This document shows positions 43,201 through 59,200 of a stretch of 64,000 nt of DNA, piece after piece (position 1 is the stretch's first letter; every line of letters begins with the position of its first letter). The stretch comes from the human T2T-CHM13v2.0 reference genome, Homo sapiens. The position numbers and the translations under genes were made by a program. Where the stretch lies: the NCBI RefSeq assembly GCF_009914755.1, contig NC_060940.1. One strand, written 5' to 3'. The notes under the pieces were generated by a model. That model searched no databases. It had not been told where the DNA came from and saw only the letters and a program-made list of their open reading frames with translations.

Positions 43201-46200
43201 CCATTCTATTCTATTCGATGATGATTCCATTCGATTCCATTCGATGATGATTGGATTCGATTCCATTGGATGATTTCATTTGATTCCATTCGTTAATGAT
43301 TTCGATCAATTCCATTCGATGATTCCATTCGATTCCATTCGATAATGATTACATCCGAGTCCATTCGATGATTCCCTTTGAGCCTGTTCGATAATTCCAT
43401 TTGAGTCCAACCAATGATTCCATTCATTTCCATTCAATGATTCCATTCGAGTCCATTTGATCATTCCGGTAGGGTCCATTCGATGTTGATTCCATTGGAG
43501 TGCATTCGATGATTCCATTCGAGTCCATTTTAGGATTTGATTCGAGTCCTTTCGATGATTCCATTCGATTCCACTCGATGATGATTTCATTCGAGTCCAT
43601 TCGACACTTCCAATCGATTCCATTTGATGATTCCATTCGAGTCCAATTGTTGATTCCATTCAATTCCATTCGATGATGATTCCGTACGATTCCATTCTGT
43701 GATGATTCCTTGTGATTGCATTCAATGATGATTCCTTTCGATTGCATTCGATTATGATTCATTTCGTGTTCATTCTATGGTTCCACAGGTTTCCATTCGT
43801 GTCCATTCCATTATTCCATTCTATTCCATTTGATGATGATTCCATTCGATTCCATTCATTGGTGATTCCACTCAATTCCATTCAATGATTCCATTCCATT
43901 TCTTTCAACAATGATTCCATTAGTTTCTAATCGATGATCCACTTGATTCCATTTGACGACGATTCCATTCTTGTCCATTCGATGATTCCATTTGATTCCA
44001 TATGATGATGATTCCATTCGATTCCATACCATGATGATTCCATTCGAGTCCATTCAATGGTGATTCCATTCAATTCCATTCGATGATTCCTTTTGATTCC
44101 ATTCGATGATGATGGCATTCGATTCCTTTCAATCATTCCCTTTGATTCCATTCAAAGGTGATTTCATTCAAGTCCATTCGATAATTGCATTCGATTCCAT
44201 TCTATGATGATTCCATTCGAGTCCATTTGATGATTCCATTCAATTCAAGTCAATGATGATTCCATTCGATTCCATTCGATGATTCCATTGGATTCCATTC
44301 GATGATGATTCCATTCAAATCCATTCGATAATTCAATTCAAGTCCATTCGATGATGATTCCAATCGAATCCATTCAAAGATTCCATTCAGTTCCATTCGA
44401 TGATTCCCTTAGATTCCATTCGATGATTCCACTTGATTGCATTTACGATGATTCCATTCGATTCCATGTGATGATTCCATTCAATTCTATTCAATGATGT
44501 CTCCATTTGATTCCATTCGACCATGATTGCCTTTGATTCCATTCAATGATTCCATTCGGTTCCGTTTGATGATGATTCCGTTCGATTCCATTTGATGATT
44601 CCATTTGATTCCATTGGATGAGTCCATTCGATTACATTCGATGATTATTCCATTCGAGTGCATTAGATGATTCCATTCGAGTCCATTCGATGATTCCATT
44701 CGATTCCATTCGATGTTGATTCTGTTCAAATCCATTCGATGATTCCACTCGATTCCATTCGTTGACTCCATTTGATCCCATTCGATGATTTCCTTTGATT
44801 CCCTTTGATGATCATTCCATTTGATTCAATTCGGTGATTTCATTTGATTCCATTCAGTGATGTTTCCATTCGACTCCATTCGATGATGATTCCATTCGAC
44901 TCCATTCGATTATGATTTCATTCAATTCCATTCGATAATGATTCCCTTCGAGTCCATTCGATGATTCCATTCGATTCCATTCAACGATGATTTGATTCGT
45001 GTCCATTCGATGATTCCATTTGATTCCACTTGATGATGATTCCATTCGAGTCCATTTGATGATTCCATTCAATTCCATACTCCGATGATTTCTTTTGAGC
45101 CCACTCAATGCTTCCACTCGATTCCATATGATGATGACTCCATTCGATGAAATTCGATGATGATTCCATTCGCTTGCTTTCGATGATGATTCCACTTGAG
45201 TCCGTTAGAAGATTCTATTCAATTACATTCCATGACGATTCCGTTCGAGTCCATTTGATGATTCCATTAGACTCCATTCGACGATGATTCCATTCGATGT
45301 TATTCGATGATTCCATTCGATCTCATTCGATGATGATTCCATTCAACTCCATTCGATGTTTCCATTCGAGTTCATTCTATTATTCCATTAGATTCCATTC
45401 GATGATGATTCCATTCGATTCCATTTGATGATTGCATTCTATTTCATTTGATGATGATTCCATTCGAGTCCACTCGATGATTCCATTCGAGTCCATTTAA
45501 TGAATCCATTGGTTTCAATTCTATGATGATTACATTGGATTCCATTCGTTGATGATTTCATTCGGTTCCATTCAATGATGATTCCATTCAATTCCTTTCA
45601 ATGTTTCCATTCAATTCCATACGATGATGATTCCATTTGATTTGATTCAACAGTGAGCCATTCGATTCAATTCCATGATGATCCTATTTGATTCAATTGG
45701 TGGACATTTCCATTCGATTCCATTCGATGATGATTCCCTTTGATTCCATTCAAAGATGATTCCATTCTAGCCCATTCAATCATTCCATTCGATTCTATTC
45801 AATGATGATTCCATTCATGTCGATTTGGTGATTCCATTTGACTTCATTTGATGATGATTCCTTTCAAGTTCATTAGATGATTCCATTCGATTCCATTTGA
45901 TGATGATCCCATTCGAGTCCATTCAGTGATTCCACTCGTTTCCATTCCATGATGATTCCATTCCATTCCATTCAATGATTCCATTCGATTCCGTTGGATG
46001 ATGATTTCATTCGAGTCCATTTGATGATTCCATTTGATTCCATTCGATGATGATTCCATTCGAGTCCATTCGATGATTCTATTCGAATCCATTTGATGAT
46101 TTCTTTTGATTATAGTTGGTGATGATTCCATTGGAGTCCATTCAATGATTCCATTCGATTCCAATCGATGGTGATTCCATTAGAGTCCATTTAATGATTC

Positions 46201-47275
46201 CATTTGATTCCAGTCTCTGATGATTACATTCGAGTCCATACGATGATTCCACTCAATTCCATATGATGATGATTCCATTCTATTCCATTCGATGATTCCA
46301 TTCTATTCTATTCGATAATGATTCCATTCGAGTCCATTCGATGATTCCATTCGAGTCCATTTAATGATTCCATTGGGTTCAATTCAATGATGATTACATT
46401 GGATTCCGTTCTATGATTCCATTCAATTCCGTTCATTGACAATTTGATTCCATTCGATGATGATTCCATTTGAGTTCATTCGATGATTCTATTCGATTCT
46501 CTTCGATGGTGATTCAATTCTATTATATTGGATGATTCCATTCGATTCCATTTGATGTTGATTCAATTCGATTCTATTCGATGATGATTCCATTGGATTT
46601 CACTTGATGATTCTATTCGATTCCATTCAATGATGATTCACTTCTCGTCCATTGGATGATTCCATTTCATTCCATTCGATGATGATTCCATTCGATTCCA
46701 TTCGATGATTCCATTTGATTCCATGCGACGGTGAGCAATTCGATTCAATTCCATGATGATTCTATTTGATTAAATTAGATGATGTTTCCATTCGAATCCA
46801 TTCCATGATTATTCCATTGGAATCCATTCGGCGATGATTCCATATGAGTCAATTCAATGATGATTCCATATGGGTCCGTTCGATGATAATTCCATTTGAT
46901 TTCATTCGATGCTTCTATTCTATTCCAGTCGATGATGATTCCGTTGGAGTCCATACGATGATTCCATTTGATTTCATTTGATGATGATTCCATTCGATGA
47001 TGATTACATTGGATTCCATTCTATGATTCCATTCAATTCCATTCGTTGATGATTCGATTCCATTCAATGATGATTCCATTTGAGTTCATTCGATGATTCT
47101 ATTCGATTCCGTTCGATGGTGATTCAATTCTATTATATTGGATGATTCCACTCGATTCCATTTGATGATTATTCCATTGGAGTCCACTTAGTGAATCCTT
47201 TAGATTCTACTCGACGATGATTCCATTCGAGTCCATTCGATGATACCATTCAATTCCATTCGTTGATGCTTCCAT
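34226..47275 (+). repeat. Three tandem 4350-bp units (canonical minus 1762 bp): 34226-38575, 38576-42925, 42926-47275
   Basis: ORF markers repeat at exactly 4350 (37144/41494/45844; 35787/40137/44487/48837). The junction ttctattctattcgataatgattcc is identical at 37601, 41951 and 46301. Confidence 0.95.
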
Positions 47276-50200
47276 TCAAGTGCATTCGATGATATCATTC
47301 GATTCCATTTGATGATAATTCCATTTGATTCCATGCGATGATTCTATTCGATTCCATTCAATGATAATTCCATTCAATTCAGTGATTCCTCTGGACTCCA
47401 TTTGATGATGATTCCATTCAATGATTCCATTCGATTCTATTCGAAAATGATTCCATTTGAATCCATTTGATGATGATTCCATTAGATTCCATTTGATGAT
47501 TCCATTCGATTCCATTCGAAGATGATTCCATTCGATTCCGTTTGATGATTCCATTCTATTCTATTCGATGATGATTCCATTCGATTCCATTCGATGATGA
47601 TTGGATTCGATTCCATTGGATGATTTCATTTGATTCCATTCGTTAATGATTTCGTTCAATTCCATTCGATGATTCCATTCGATTCCATTCGATAATGATT
47701 ACATCCGAGTCCATTCGATGATTCCCTTTGAGCCTGTTCGATAATTCCATTTGAGTCCAACCAATGATTCCATTCATTTCCATTCAATGATTCCATTCGA
47801 GTCCATTTGATCATTCCGGTAGGGTCCATTCGATGTTGATTCCATTGGAGTGCATTCGATGATTCCATTCGAGTCCATTTTAGGATTTGATTCGAGTCCT
47901 TTCGATGATTCCATTCGATTCCACTCGATGATGATTTCATTCGAGTCCATTCGACACTTCCAATCGATTCCATTTGATGATTCCATTCGAGTCCAATTGT
48001 TGATTCCATTCAATTCCATTCGATGATGATTCCGTACGATTCCATTCTGTGATGATTCCTTGTGATTGCATTCAATGATGATTCCTTTCGATTGCATTCG
48101 ATTATGATTCATTTCGTGTTCATTCTATGGTTCCACAGGTTTCCATTCGTGTCCATTCCATTATTCCATTCTATTCCATTTGATGATGATTCCATTCGAT
48201 TCCATTCATTGGTGATTCCACTCAATTCCATTCAATGATTCCATTCCATTTCTTTCAACAATGATTCCATTAGTTTCTAATCGATGATCCACTTGATTCC
48301 ATTTGACGACGATTCCATTCTTGTCCATTCGATGATTCCATTTGATTCCATATGATGATGATTCCATTCGATTCCATACCATGATGATTCCATTCGAGTC
48401 CATTCAATGGTGATTCCATTCAATTCCATTCGATGATTCCTTTTGATTCCATTCGATGATGATGGCATTCGATTCCTTTCAATCATTCCCTTTGATTCCA
48501 TTCAAAGGTGATTTCATTCAAGTCCATTCGATAATTGCATTCGATTCCATTCTATGATGATTCCATTCGAGTCCATTTGATGATTCCATTCAATTCAAGT
48601 CAATGATGATTCCATTCGATTCCATTCGATGATTCCATTGGATTCCATTCGATGATGATTCCATTCAAATCCATTCGATAATTCAATTCAAGTCCATTCG
48701 ATGATGATTCCAATCGAATCCATTCAAAGATTCCATTCAGTTCCATTCGATGATTCCCTTAGATTCCATTCGATGATTCCACTTGATTGCATTTACGATG
48801 ATTCCATTCGATTCCATGTGATGATTCCATTCAATTCTATTCAATGATGTCTCCATTTGATTCCATTCGACCATGATTGCCTTTGATTCCATTCAATGAT
48901 TCCATTCGGTTCCGTTTGATGATGATTCCGTTCGATTCCATTTGATGATTCCATTTGATTCCATTGGATGAGTCCATTCGATTACATTCGATGATTATTC
49001 CATTCGAGTGCATTAGATGATTCCATTCGAGTCCATTCGATGATTCCATTCGATTCCATTCGATGTTGATTCTGTTCAAATCCATTCGATGATTCCACTC
49101 GATTCCATTCGTTGACTCCATTTGATCCCATTCGATGATTTCCTTTGATTCCCTTTGATGATCATTCCATTTGATTCAATTCGGTGATTTCATTTGATTC
49201 CATTCAGTGATGTTTCCATTCGACTCCATTCGATGATGATTCCATTCGACTCCATTCGATTATGATTTCATTCAATTCCATTCGATAATGATTCCCTTCG
49301 AGTCCATTCGATGATTCCATTCGATTCCATTCAACGATGATTTGATTCGTGTCCATTCGATGATTCCATTTGATTCCACTTGATGATGATTCCATTCGAG
49401 TCCATTTGATGATTCCATTCAATTCCATACTCCGATGATTTCTTTTGAGCCCACTCAATGCTTCCACTCGATTCCATATGATGATGACTCCATTCGATGA
49501 AATTCGATGATGATTCCATTCGCTTGCTTTCGATGATGATTCCACTTGAGTCCGTTAGAAGATTCTATTCAATTACATTCCATGACGATTCCGTTCGAGT
49601 CCATTTGATGATTCCATTAGACTCCATTCGACGATGATTCCATTCGATGTTATTCGATGATTCCATTCGATCTCATTCGATGATGATTCCATTCAACTCC
49701 ATTCGATGTTTCCATTCGAGTTCATTCTATTATTCCATTAGATTCCATTCGATGATGATTCCATTCGATTCCATTTGATGATTGCATTCTATTTCATTTG
49801 ATGATGATTCCATTCGAGTCCACTCGATGATTCCATTCGAGTCCATTTAATGAATCCATTGGTTTCAATTCTATGATGATTACATTGGATTCCATTCGTT
49901 GATGATTTCATTCGGTTCCATTCAATGATGATTCCATTCAATTCCTTTCAATGTTTCCATTCAATTCCATACGATGATGATTCCATTTGATTTGATTCGA
50001 CAGTGAGCCATTCGATTCAATTCCATGATGATTCTATTTGATTCAATTGGTTGACATTTCCATTCGATTCCATTCGATGATGATTCCCTTTGATTCCGTT
50101 CAAAGATGATTCCATTCTAGCCCATTCAATCATTCCATTCGATTCTATTCAATGATGATTCCATTCATGTCGATTTGGTGATTCCATTTGACTTCATTTG

Positions 50201-53200
50201 ATGATGATTCCTTTCAAGTTCATTAGATGATTCCATTCGATTCCATTTGATGATGATCCCATTCGAGTCCATTCAGTGATTCCATTCGTTTCCATTCCAT
50301 GATGATTCCATTCCTTTCCATTCAATGATTCCATTCGATTCCGTTTGATGATGATTTCATTCGAGTCCATTTGATGATTCCATTTGATTCCATTCGATGA
50401 TGATTCCATTCGAGTCCATTCGATGATTCTATTCGAATCCATTTGATGATTTCTTTTGATTATATTTGGTGATGATTCCATTGGAGTCCATTCAATGATT
50501 CCATTCTATTCCAATCGATGATGATTCCATTAGAGTCCAGTTAATGATTCCATTTGATTCCAGTCTCTGATGATTACATTCGAGTCCATACGATGATTCC
50601 ACTCAATTCCATATGATGATGATTCCATTTGATTCCATTCGGTGATTCCGTTCTATTCTATTCAATGGTGATTCCATTCGAGTACATTAGATGATTCCAT
50701 TCGATTCCATTCAATGATGATTCTATTTGTGTCCCTTAGATGATTCCACATGATTCCATTAGATGATGATACTATTTGAGCCCATCCAATGATTCCCTTC
50801 GATTCCATTCGATGAGGATTCCATTCGATTCAATTCATTGGTGATTCTATTCAATTCAATTCTTTGATTCCATTCCATTCCATTCGACAATGATTCCATT
50901 CGATTTCTTTCGATGATTCCACTCGATTCCACTTGACATTGATTCCATTCGATTCCATTCAATGATTCCATTTGATTCCAGTGGATGATGATTGCCATCG
51001 ATTCCATTCGATCACTCCATTCTATTCCATTTGATGATGATTACATTCGATTCCATTTGATGATTCCATCTGATTCTATTCGAGGATTCCATTTGATTCC
51101 ATTCGATGATGATTCCATTCGAGTCCATTCGATGATTTCATTCGAGTACATCCAATGATTCCATTCGAGTCCATTAGATGATTCCATTTGATTCCATTTG
51201 AAAATGATTCTACTAGAGTCCATTCAATGACTCCATTCGAGTCCATTCAACAATTCCATTCGACTCCATTCGATGATTCCATTCGATTCCATTTGATGGT
51301 TCCATTCGAGTCCATTTAATCATTACAGTCGAGTCCATTTGGTGATTCCACTGGATTTCTTTTGATAATGATACCATTCAATTACATTTGATGATGATCT
51401 CATTCAATTTCATTTGATGATGATTCCATTAGAGTCCATTCGATGATTTCATTCGAGTCCCTTCATTGATTCCATCCGATTTCATTGGATGATGACTCCA
51501 TTCGAGTCCATTCGATGATTCCACTCGATTCCATTAGATGACTCCATTGGAGTCCATTTGATTGTTCCATTCGATTCCATTCGATTCCTTTCGAAGATTA
51601 TTCCATTTGAGTCCATTCGATGATGATTCCATTCCATTCCATTCGATGATTCCGTTTGATTCCATTCGATGATTCCCTTCGATTCCTTTCTTTGATGATT
51701 CCATTCCATTCCATTCAATGATTCCATTCGAATCTATTCCATGATGATTCCTTTCGATTCCATTCGCTGATGTTTCCGTTCAATTCCATTCGATGATGAT
51801 TCCATTCGATTCCATTCATTGAGGATTCCATTTGATTCCATTCAATGATGATTCCATTCTATTCCATTCAATGATTGCATTCAATTCCATTCATTGATTA
51901 TCCCCTTAGAGTAAACTCAACGATTCCATTCAATACCATTCGATGATGATTCCTTTTGAGTCCATTCAATGATTTCATTCAAGTCCATTTGATGATTCCT
52001 TTCAATTCCATTCTATGATGATTCCATTCGAGTCCATTCGATGATTCCATTCGATTGCATTCGATGATTCCATTATATTCCATTCAACGGTGATTCCATT
52101 CGAGTCCATTCCATGATTCCATTAGAGTACATTTAATGATTGCTTTGTTTTCAATTCGAAGATGATTACATTGGATTCCATTCTATGATACCATTCGATT
52201 CCATTCAATGATGATTCCACTCAAATCCATTGGATGATTCCATTCGTGTCCATTCAGTGATTTCATTAGATTCCATTCGAGGATGATTCCATTCGATTCC
52301 ATTCGATGATTCCATTCAATTCCATTCTATGATGATTCCATTCCAGTCCATATGATCATTCCATTTGATTTCATTCGATGATGATTCCATTCAATTCGAT
52401 TCGAAGATTCCATTCTATTCCATTCGATGATGATTCCATTCGAGTCCATTCGATGATTCCATTCGAGTCCATTTAATGATTCCATTGGGTTCAATTCAAT
52501 GATGATTACATTGGATTCCGTTCTATGATTCCATTCAATTCCGTTCATTGACAATTTGATTCCATTCGATGATGATTCCATTTGAGTTCATTCGATGATT
52601 CTATTCGATTCTCTTCGATGGTGATTCAATTCTATTATATTGGATGATTCCATTCGATTCCATTTGATGTTGATTCAATTCGATTCTATTCGATGATGAT
52701 TCCATTGGATTTCACTTGATGATTCTATTCGATTCCATTCAATGATGATTCACTTCTCGTCCATTGGATGATTCCATTTCATTCCATTCGATGATGATTC
52801 CATTCGATTCCATTCGATGATTCCATTTGATTCCATGCGACGGTGAGCAATTCGATTCAATTCCATGATGATTCTATTTGATTCAATTAGATGATGTTTC
52901 CATTCGAATCCATTCCATGATTATTCCATTGGAATCCATTCGGCGATGATTCCATATGAGTCAATTCAATGATGATTCCATATGGGTCCGTTCGATGATA
53001 ATTCCACTTGATTTCATTCGATGCTTCTATTCTATTCCAGTCGATGATGATTCCGTTGGAGTCCATACGATGATTCCATTTGATTTCATTTGATGATGAT
53101 TCCATTCGATGATGATTACATTGGATTCCATTCTATGATTCCATTCAATTCCATTCGTTGATGATTCGATTCCATTCAATGATGATTCCTTTTGAGTTCA

Positions 53201-56200
53201 TTCGATGATTCTATTCGATTCCGTTCGATGGTGATTCAATTCTATTATATTGGATGATTCCACTCGATTCCATTTGATGATTATTCCATTGGAGTCCACT
53301 TAGTGAATCCTTTAGATTCTACTCGACGATGATTCCATTCGAGTCCATTCGATGATACCATTCAATTCCATTCGTTGATGCTTCCATTCAAGTGCATTCG
53401 ATGATATCATTCGATTCCATTTGATGATAATTCCATTTGATTCCATGCGATGATTCTATTCGATTCCATTCAATGATAATTCCATTCAATTCAGTGATTC
53501 CTCTGGACTCCATTTGATGATGATTCCATTCAATGATTCCATTCGATTCTATTCGAAAATGATTCCATTTGAATCCATTTGATGATGATTCCATTAGATT
53601 CCATTTGATGATTCCATTCGATTCCATTCGACGATGATTCCATTCGATTCCGTTTGATGATTCCATTCTATTCTATTCGATGATGATTCCATTCGATTCC
53701 ATTCGATGGTGATTGGATTCGATTCCATTTGATGATTTCATTTGATTCCATTCGTTAATGATTTCGATCAATTCCATTCGATGATTCCATTCGATTCCAT
53801 TCGATAATGATTACATCCGAGTCCATTCGATGATTCCCTTTGAGCCTGTTCGATAATTCCATTTGAGTCCAACCAATGATTCCATTCATTTCCATTCAAT
53901 GATTCCATTCGAGTCCATTTGATCATTCCGGTAGGGTCCATTCGATGTTGATTCCATTGGAGTGCATTCGATGATTCCATTCGAGTCCATTTTAGGATTT
54001 GATTCGAGTCCTTTCGATGATTCCATTCGATTCCACTCGATGATGATTTCATTCGAGTCCATTCGACACTTCCAATCGATTCCATTTGATGATTCCATTC
54101 GAGTCCAATTGATGATTCCATACAATTCCATTCGATGATGATTCCGTACGATTCCATTCTGTGATGATTCCATGTGATTGCATTCAATGATGATTCCTTT
54201 CGATTGCATTCGATTATGATTCATTTCGTGTTCATTCTATGGTTCCACAGGTTTCCATTCGTGTCCATTCCATTATTCCATTCTATTCCATTTGATGATG
54301 ATTCCATTCGATTCCATTCATTGGTGATTCCACTCAATTCCATTCAATGATTCCATTCCATTTCTTTCAACAATGATTCCATTAGTTTCTAATCGATGAT
54401 CCACTTGATTCCATTTGACGACGATTCCATTCTTGTCCATTCGATGATTCCATTTGATTCCATATGATGATGATTCCATTCGATTCCATACCATGATGAT
54501 TCCATTCGAGTCCATTCAATGGTGATTCCATTCAATTCCATTCGATGATTCCTTTTGATTCCATTCGATGATGATGGCATTCGATTCCTTTCAATCATTC
54601 CCTTTGATTCCATTCAAAGGTGATTTCATTCAAGTCCATTCGATAATTGCATTCGATTCCATTCTATGATGATTCCATTCGAGTCCATTTGATGATTCCA
54701 TTCAATTCAAGTCAATGATGATTCCATTCGATTCCATTCGATGATTCCATTGGATTCCATTCGATGATGATTCCATTCAAATCCATTCGATAATTCAATT
54801 CAAGTCCATTCGATGATGATTCCAATCGAATCCATTCAAAGATTCCATTCAGTTCCATTCGAAGATTCCCTTAGATTCCATTCGATGATTCCACTTGATT
54901 CCATTTACGATGATTCCATTCGATTCCATGTGATGATTCCATTCAATTCTATTCAATGATGTCTCCATTTGATTCCATTCGACCATGATTGCCTTTGATT
55001 CCATTCAATGATTCCATTCGGTTCCGTTTGATGATGATTCCGTTCGATTCCATTTGATGATTCCATTTGATTCCATTGGATGAGTCCATTCGATTACATT
55101 CGATGATTATTCCATTCGAGTGCATTAGATGATTCCATTCGAGTCCATTCGATGATTCCATTCGATTCCATTCGATGTTGATTCTGTTCAAATCCATTCG
55201 ATGATTCCACTCGATTCCATTCGTTGACTCCATTTGATCCCATTCGATGATTTCCTTTGATTCCCTTTGATGATCATTCCATTTGATTCAATTCGGTGAT
55301 TTCATTTGATTCCATTCAGTGATGTTTCCATTCGACTCCATTCGATGATGATTCCATTCGACTCCATTCGATTATGATTTCATTCAATTCCATTCGATAA
55401 TGATTCCCTTCGAGTCCATTCGATGATTCCATTCGATTCCATTCAACGATGATTTGATTCGTGTCCATTCGATGATTCCATTTGATTCCACTTGATGATG
55501 ATTCCATTCGAGTCCATTTGATGATTCCATTCAATTCCATACTCCGATGATTTCTTTTGAGCCCACTCAATGCTTCCACTCGATTCCATATGATGATGAC
55601 TCCATTCGATGAAATTCGATGATGATTCCATTCGCTTGCTTTCGATGATGATTCCACTTGAGTCCGTTAGAAGATTCTATTCAATTACATTCCATGACGA
55701 TTCCGTTCGAGTCCATTTGATGATTCCATTAGACTCCATTCGACGATGATTCCATTCGATGTTATTCGATGATTCCATTCGATCTCATTCGATGATGATT
55801 CCATTCAACTCCATTCGATGTTTCCATTCGAGTTCATTCTATTATTCCATTAGATTCCATTCGATGATGATTCCATTCGATTCCATTTGATGATTGCATT
55901 CTATTTCATTTGATGATGATTCCATTCGAGTCCACTCGATGATTCCATTCGAGTCCATTTAATGAATCCATTGGTTTCAATTCTATGATGATTACATTGG
56001 ATTCCATTCGTTGATGATTTCATTCGGTTCCATTCAATGATGATTCCATTCAATTCCTTTCAATGTTTCCATTCAATTCCATACGATGATGATTCCATTT
56101 GATTTGATTCGACAGTGAGCCATTCGATTCAATTCCATGACGATTCTATTTGATTCAATTGGTTGACATTTCCATTCGATTCCATTCGATGATGATTCCC

Positions 56201-59200
56201 TTTGATTCCGTTCAAAGATGATTCCATTCTAGCCCATTCAATCATTCCATTCGATTCTATTCAATGATGATTCCATTCATGTCGATTTGGTGATTCCATT
56301 TGACTTCATTTGATGATGATTCCTTTCAAGTTCATTAGATGATTCCATTCGATTCCATTTGATGATGATCCCATTCGAGTCCATTCAGTGATTCCATTCG
56401 TTTCCATTCCATGATGATTCCATTCCTTTCCATTCAATGATTCCATTCGATTCCGTTTGATGATGATTTCATTCGAGTCCATTTGATGATTCCATTTGAT
56501 TCCATTCGATGATGATTCCATTCGAGTCCATTCGATGATTCTATTCGAATCCATTTGATGATTTCTTTTGATTATATTTGGTGATGATTCCATTGGAGTC
56601 CATTCAATGATTCCATTCTATTCCAATCGATGATGATTCCATTAGAGTCCATTTAATGATTCCATTTGATTCCAGTCTCTGATGATTACATTCGAGTCCA
56701 TACGATGATTCCACTCAATTCCATATAATGATGATTCCATTTGATTCCATTCGGTGATTCCGTTCTATTCTATTCAATGGTGATTCCATTCGAGTACATT
56801 AGATGATTCCATTCGATTCCATTCAATGATGATTCTATTTGTGTCCCTTAGATGATTCCACATGATTCCATTAGATGATGATACTATTTGAGCCCATCCA
56901 ATGATTCCCTTCGATTCCATTCGATGAGGATTCCATTCGATTCAATTCATTGGTGATTCTATTCAATTCAATTCTTTGATTCCATTCCATTCCATTCGAC
57001 AATGATTCCATTCGATTTCTTTCGATGATTCCACTCGATTCCACTTGACATTGATTCCATTCGATTCCATTCAATGATTCCACTTGATTCCAGTGGATGA
57101 TGATTGCCATCGATTCCATTCGATCACTCCATTCTATTCCATTTGATGATGATTACATTCGATTCCATTTGATGATTCCATCTGATTCTATTCGAGGATT
57201 CCATTTGATTCCATTCGATGATGATTCCATTCGAGTCCATTCGATGATTTCATTCGAGTACATCCAATGATTCCATTCGAGTCCATTAGATGATTCCATT
57301 TGATTCCATTTGAAAATGATTCTACTAGAGTCCATTCAATGACTCCATTCGAGTCCATTCAACAATTCCATTCGACTCCATTCGATGATTCCATTCGATT
57401 CCATTTGATGGTTCCATTCGAGTCCATTTAATCATTACAGTCGAGTCCGTTTGGTGATTCCACTGGATTTCTTTTGATAATGATACCATTCAATTACATT
57501 TGATGATGATCCCATTCAATTTCATTTGATGATGATTCCATTAGAGTCCATTCGATGATTTCATTCGAGTCCCTTCATTGATTCCATCCGATTTCATTGG
57601 ATGATGACTCCATTCGAGTCCATTCGATGATTCCACTCGATTCCATTAGATGATTCCATTGGAGTCCATTTGATTGTTCCATTCGATTCCATTCGATTCC
57701 TTTCGAAGATTATTCCATTTGAGTCCATTCGATGATGATTCCATTCCATTCCATTCGATGATTCCGTTTGATTCCATTCGATGATTCCCTTCGATTCCTT
57801 TCTTTGATGATTCCATTCCATTCCATTCAATGATTCCATTCGAATCTATTCCATGATGATTCCTTTCGATTCCATTCGCTGATGTTTCCCTTCAATTCCA
57901 TTCGATGATGATTCCATTCGATTCCATTCATTGAGGATTCCATTTGATTCCATTCAATGATGATTCCATTCTATTCCATTCAATGATTGCATTCAATTCC
58001 ATTCAATGATTATCCCATTAGAGTAAACTCAACGATTCCATTCAATACCATTCGATGATGATTCCTTTTGAGTCCATTCAATGATTTCATTCAAGTCCAT
58101 TTGATGATTCCTTTCAATTCCATTCTATGATGATTCCATTCGAGTCCATTCGATGATTCCATTCGATTGCATTCGATGATTCCATTATATTCCATTCAAC
58201 GGTGATTCCATTCGAGTCCATTCCATGATTCCATTAGAGTACATTTAATGATTGCTTTGTTTTCAATTCGAAGATGATTACATTGGATTCCATTCTATGA
58301 TACCATTCGATTCCATTCAATGATGATTCCACTCAAATCCATTGGATGATTCCATTCGTGTCCATTCGGTGATTTCATTAGATTCCATTCGAGGATGATT
58401 CCATTCGATTCCATTCGATGATTCCATTCAATTCCATTCGATGATGATTCCATTCCAGTCCATATGATCATTCCATTTGATTTCATTCGATGATGATTCC
58501 ATTCGATTCGATTCGACGATTCCATTCTATTCCATTCGATGATGATTCCATTCGAGTCCATTCGATGATTCCATTCGAGTCCATTTAATGATTCCATTGG
58601 GTTCAATTCAATGATGATTACATTGGATTCCGTTCTATGATTCCATTCAATTCCGTTCATTGACAATTTGATTCCATTCGATGATGATTCCATTTGAGTT
58701 CATTCGATGATTCTATTCGATTCTCTTCGATGGTGATTCAATTCTATTATATTGGATGATTCCATTCGATTCCATTTGATGTTGATTCAATTCGATTCTA
58801 TTCGATGATGATTCCATTGGATTTCACTTGATGATTCTATTCGATTCCATTCAATGATGATTCACTTCTCGTCCATTGGATGATTCCATTTCATTCCATT
58901 CGATGATGATTCCATTCGATTCCATTCGATGATTCCATTTGATTCCATGCGACGGTGAGCAATTCGATTCAATTCCATGATGATTCTATTTGGTTCAATT
59001 AGATGATGTTTCCATTCGAATCCATTCCATGATTATTCCATTGGAATCCATTCGGCGATGATTCCATATGAGTCAATTCAATGATGATTCCATATGGGTC
59101 CGTTCGATGATAATTCCATTTGATTTCATTCGATGCTTCTATTCTATTCCAGTCGATGATGATTCCGTTGGAGTCCATACGATGATTCCATTTGATTTCA

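Noticed and set aside
2536-47275. A hidden ~1.8-kb ancestral period suggested by events of 1762, 1830 and 1869 bp
   Set aside because: The sizes differ by about 100 bp, 6112 is not a multiple of them, and I could not see extended homology at that lag beyond the junction segments. An autocorrelation test is needed before claiming it.
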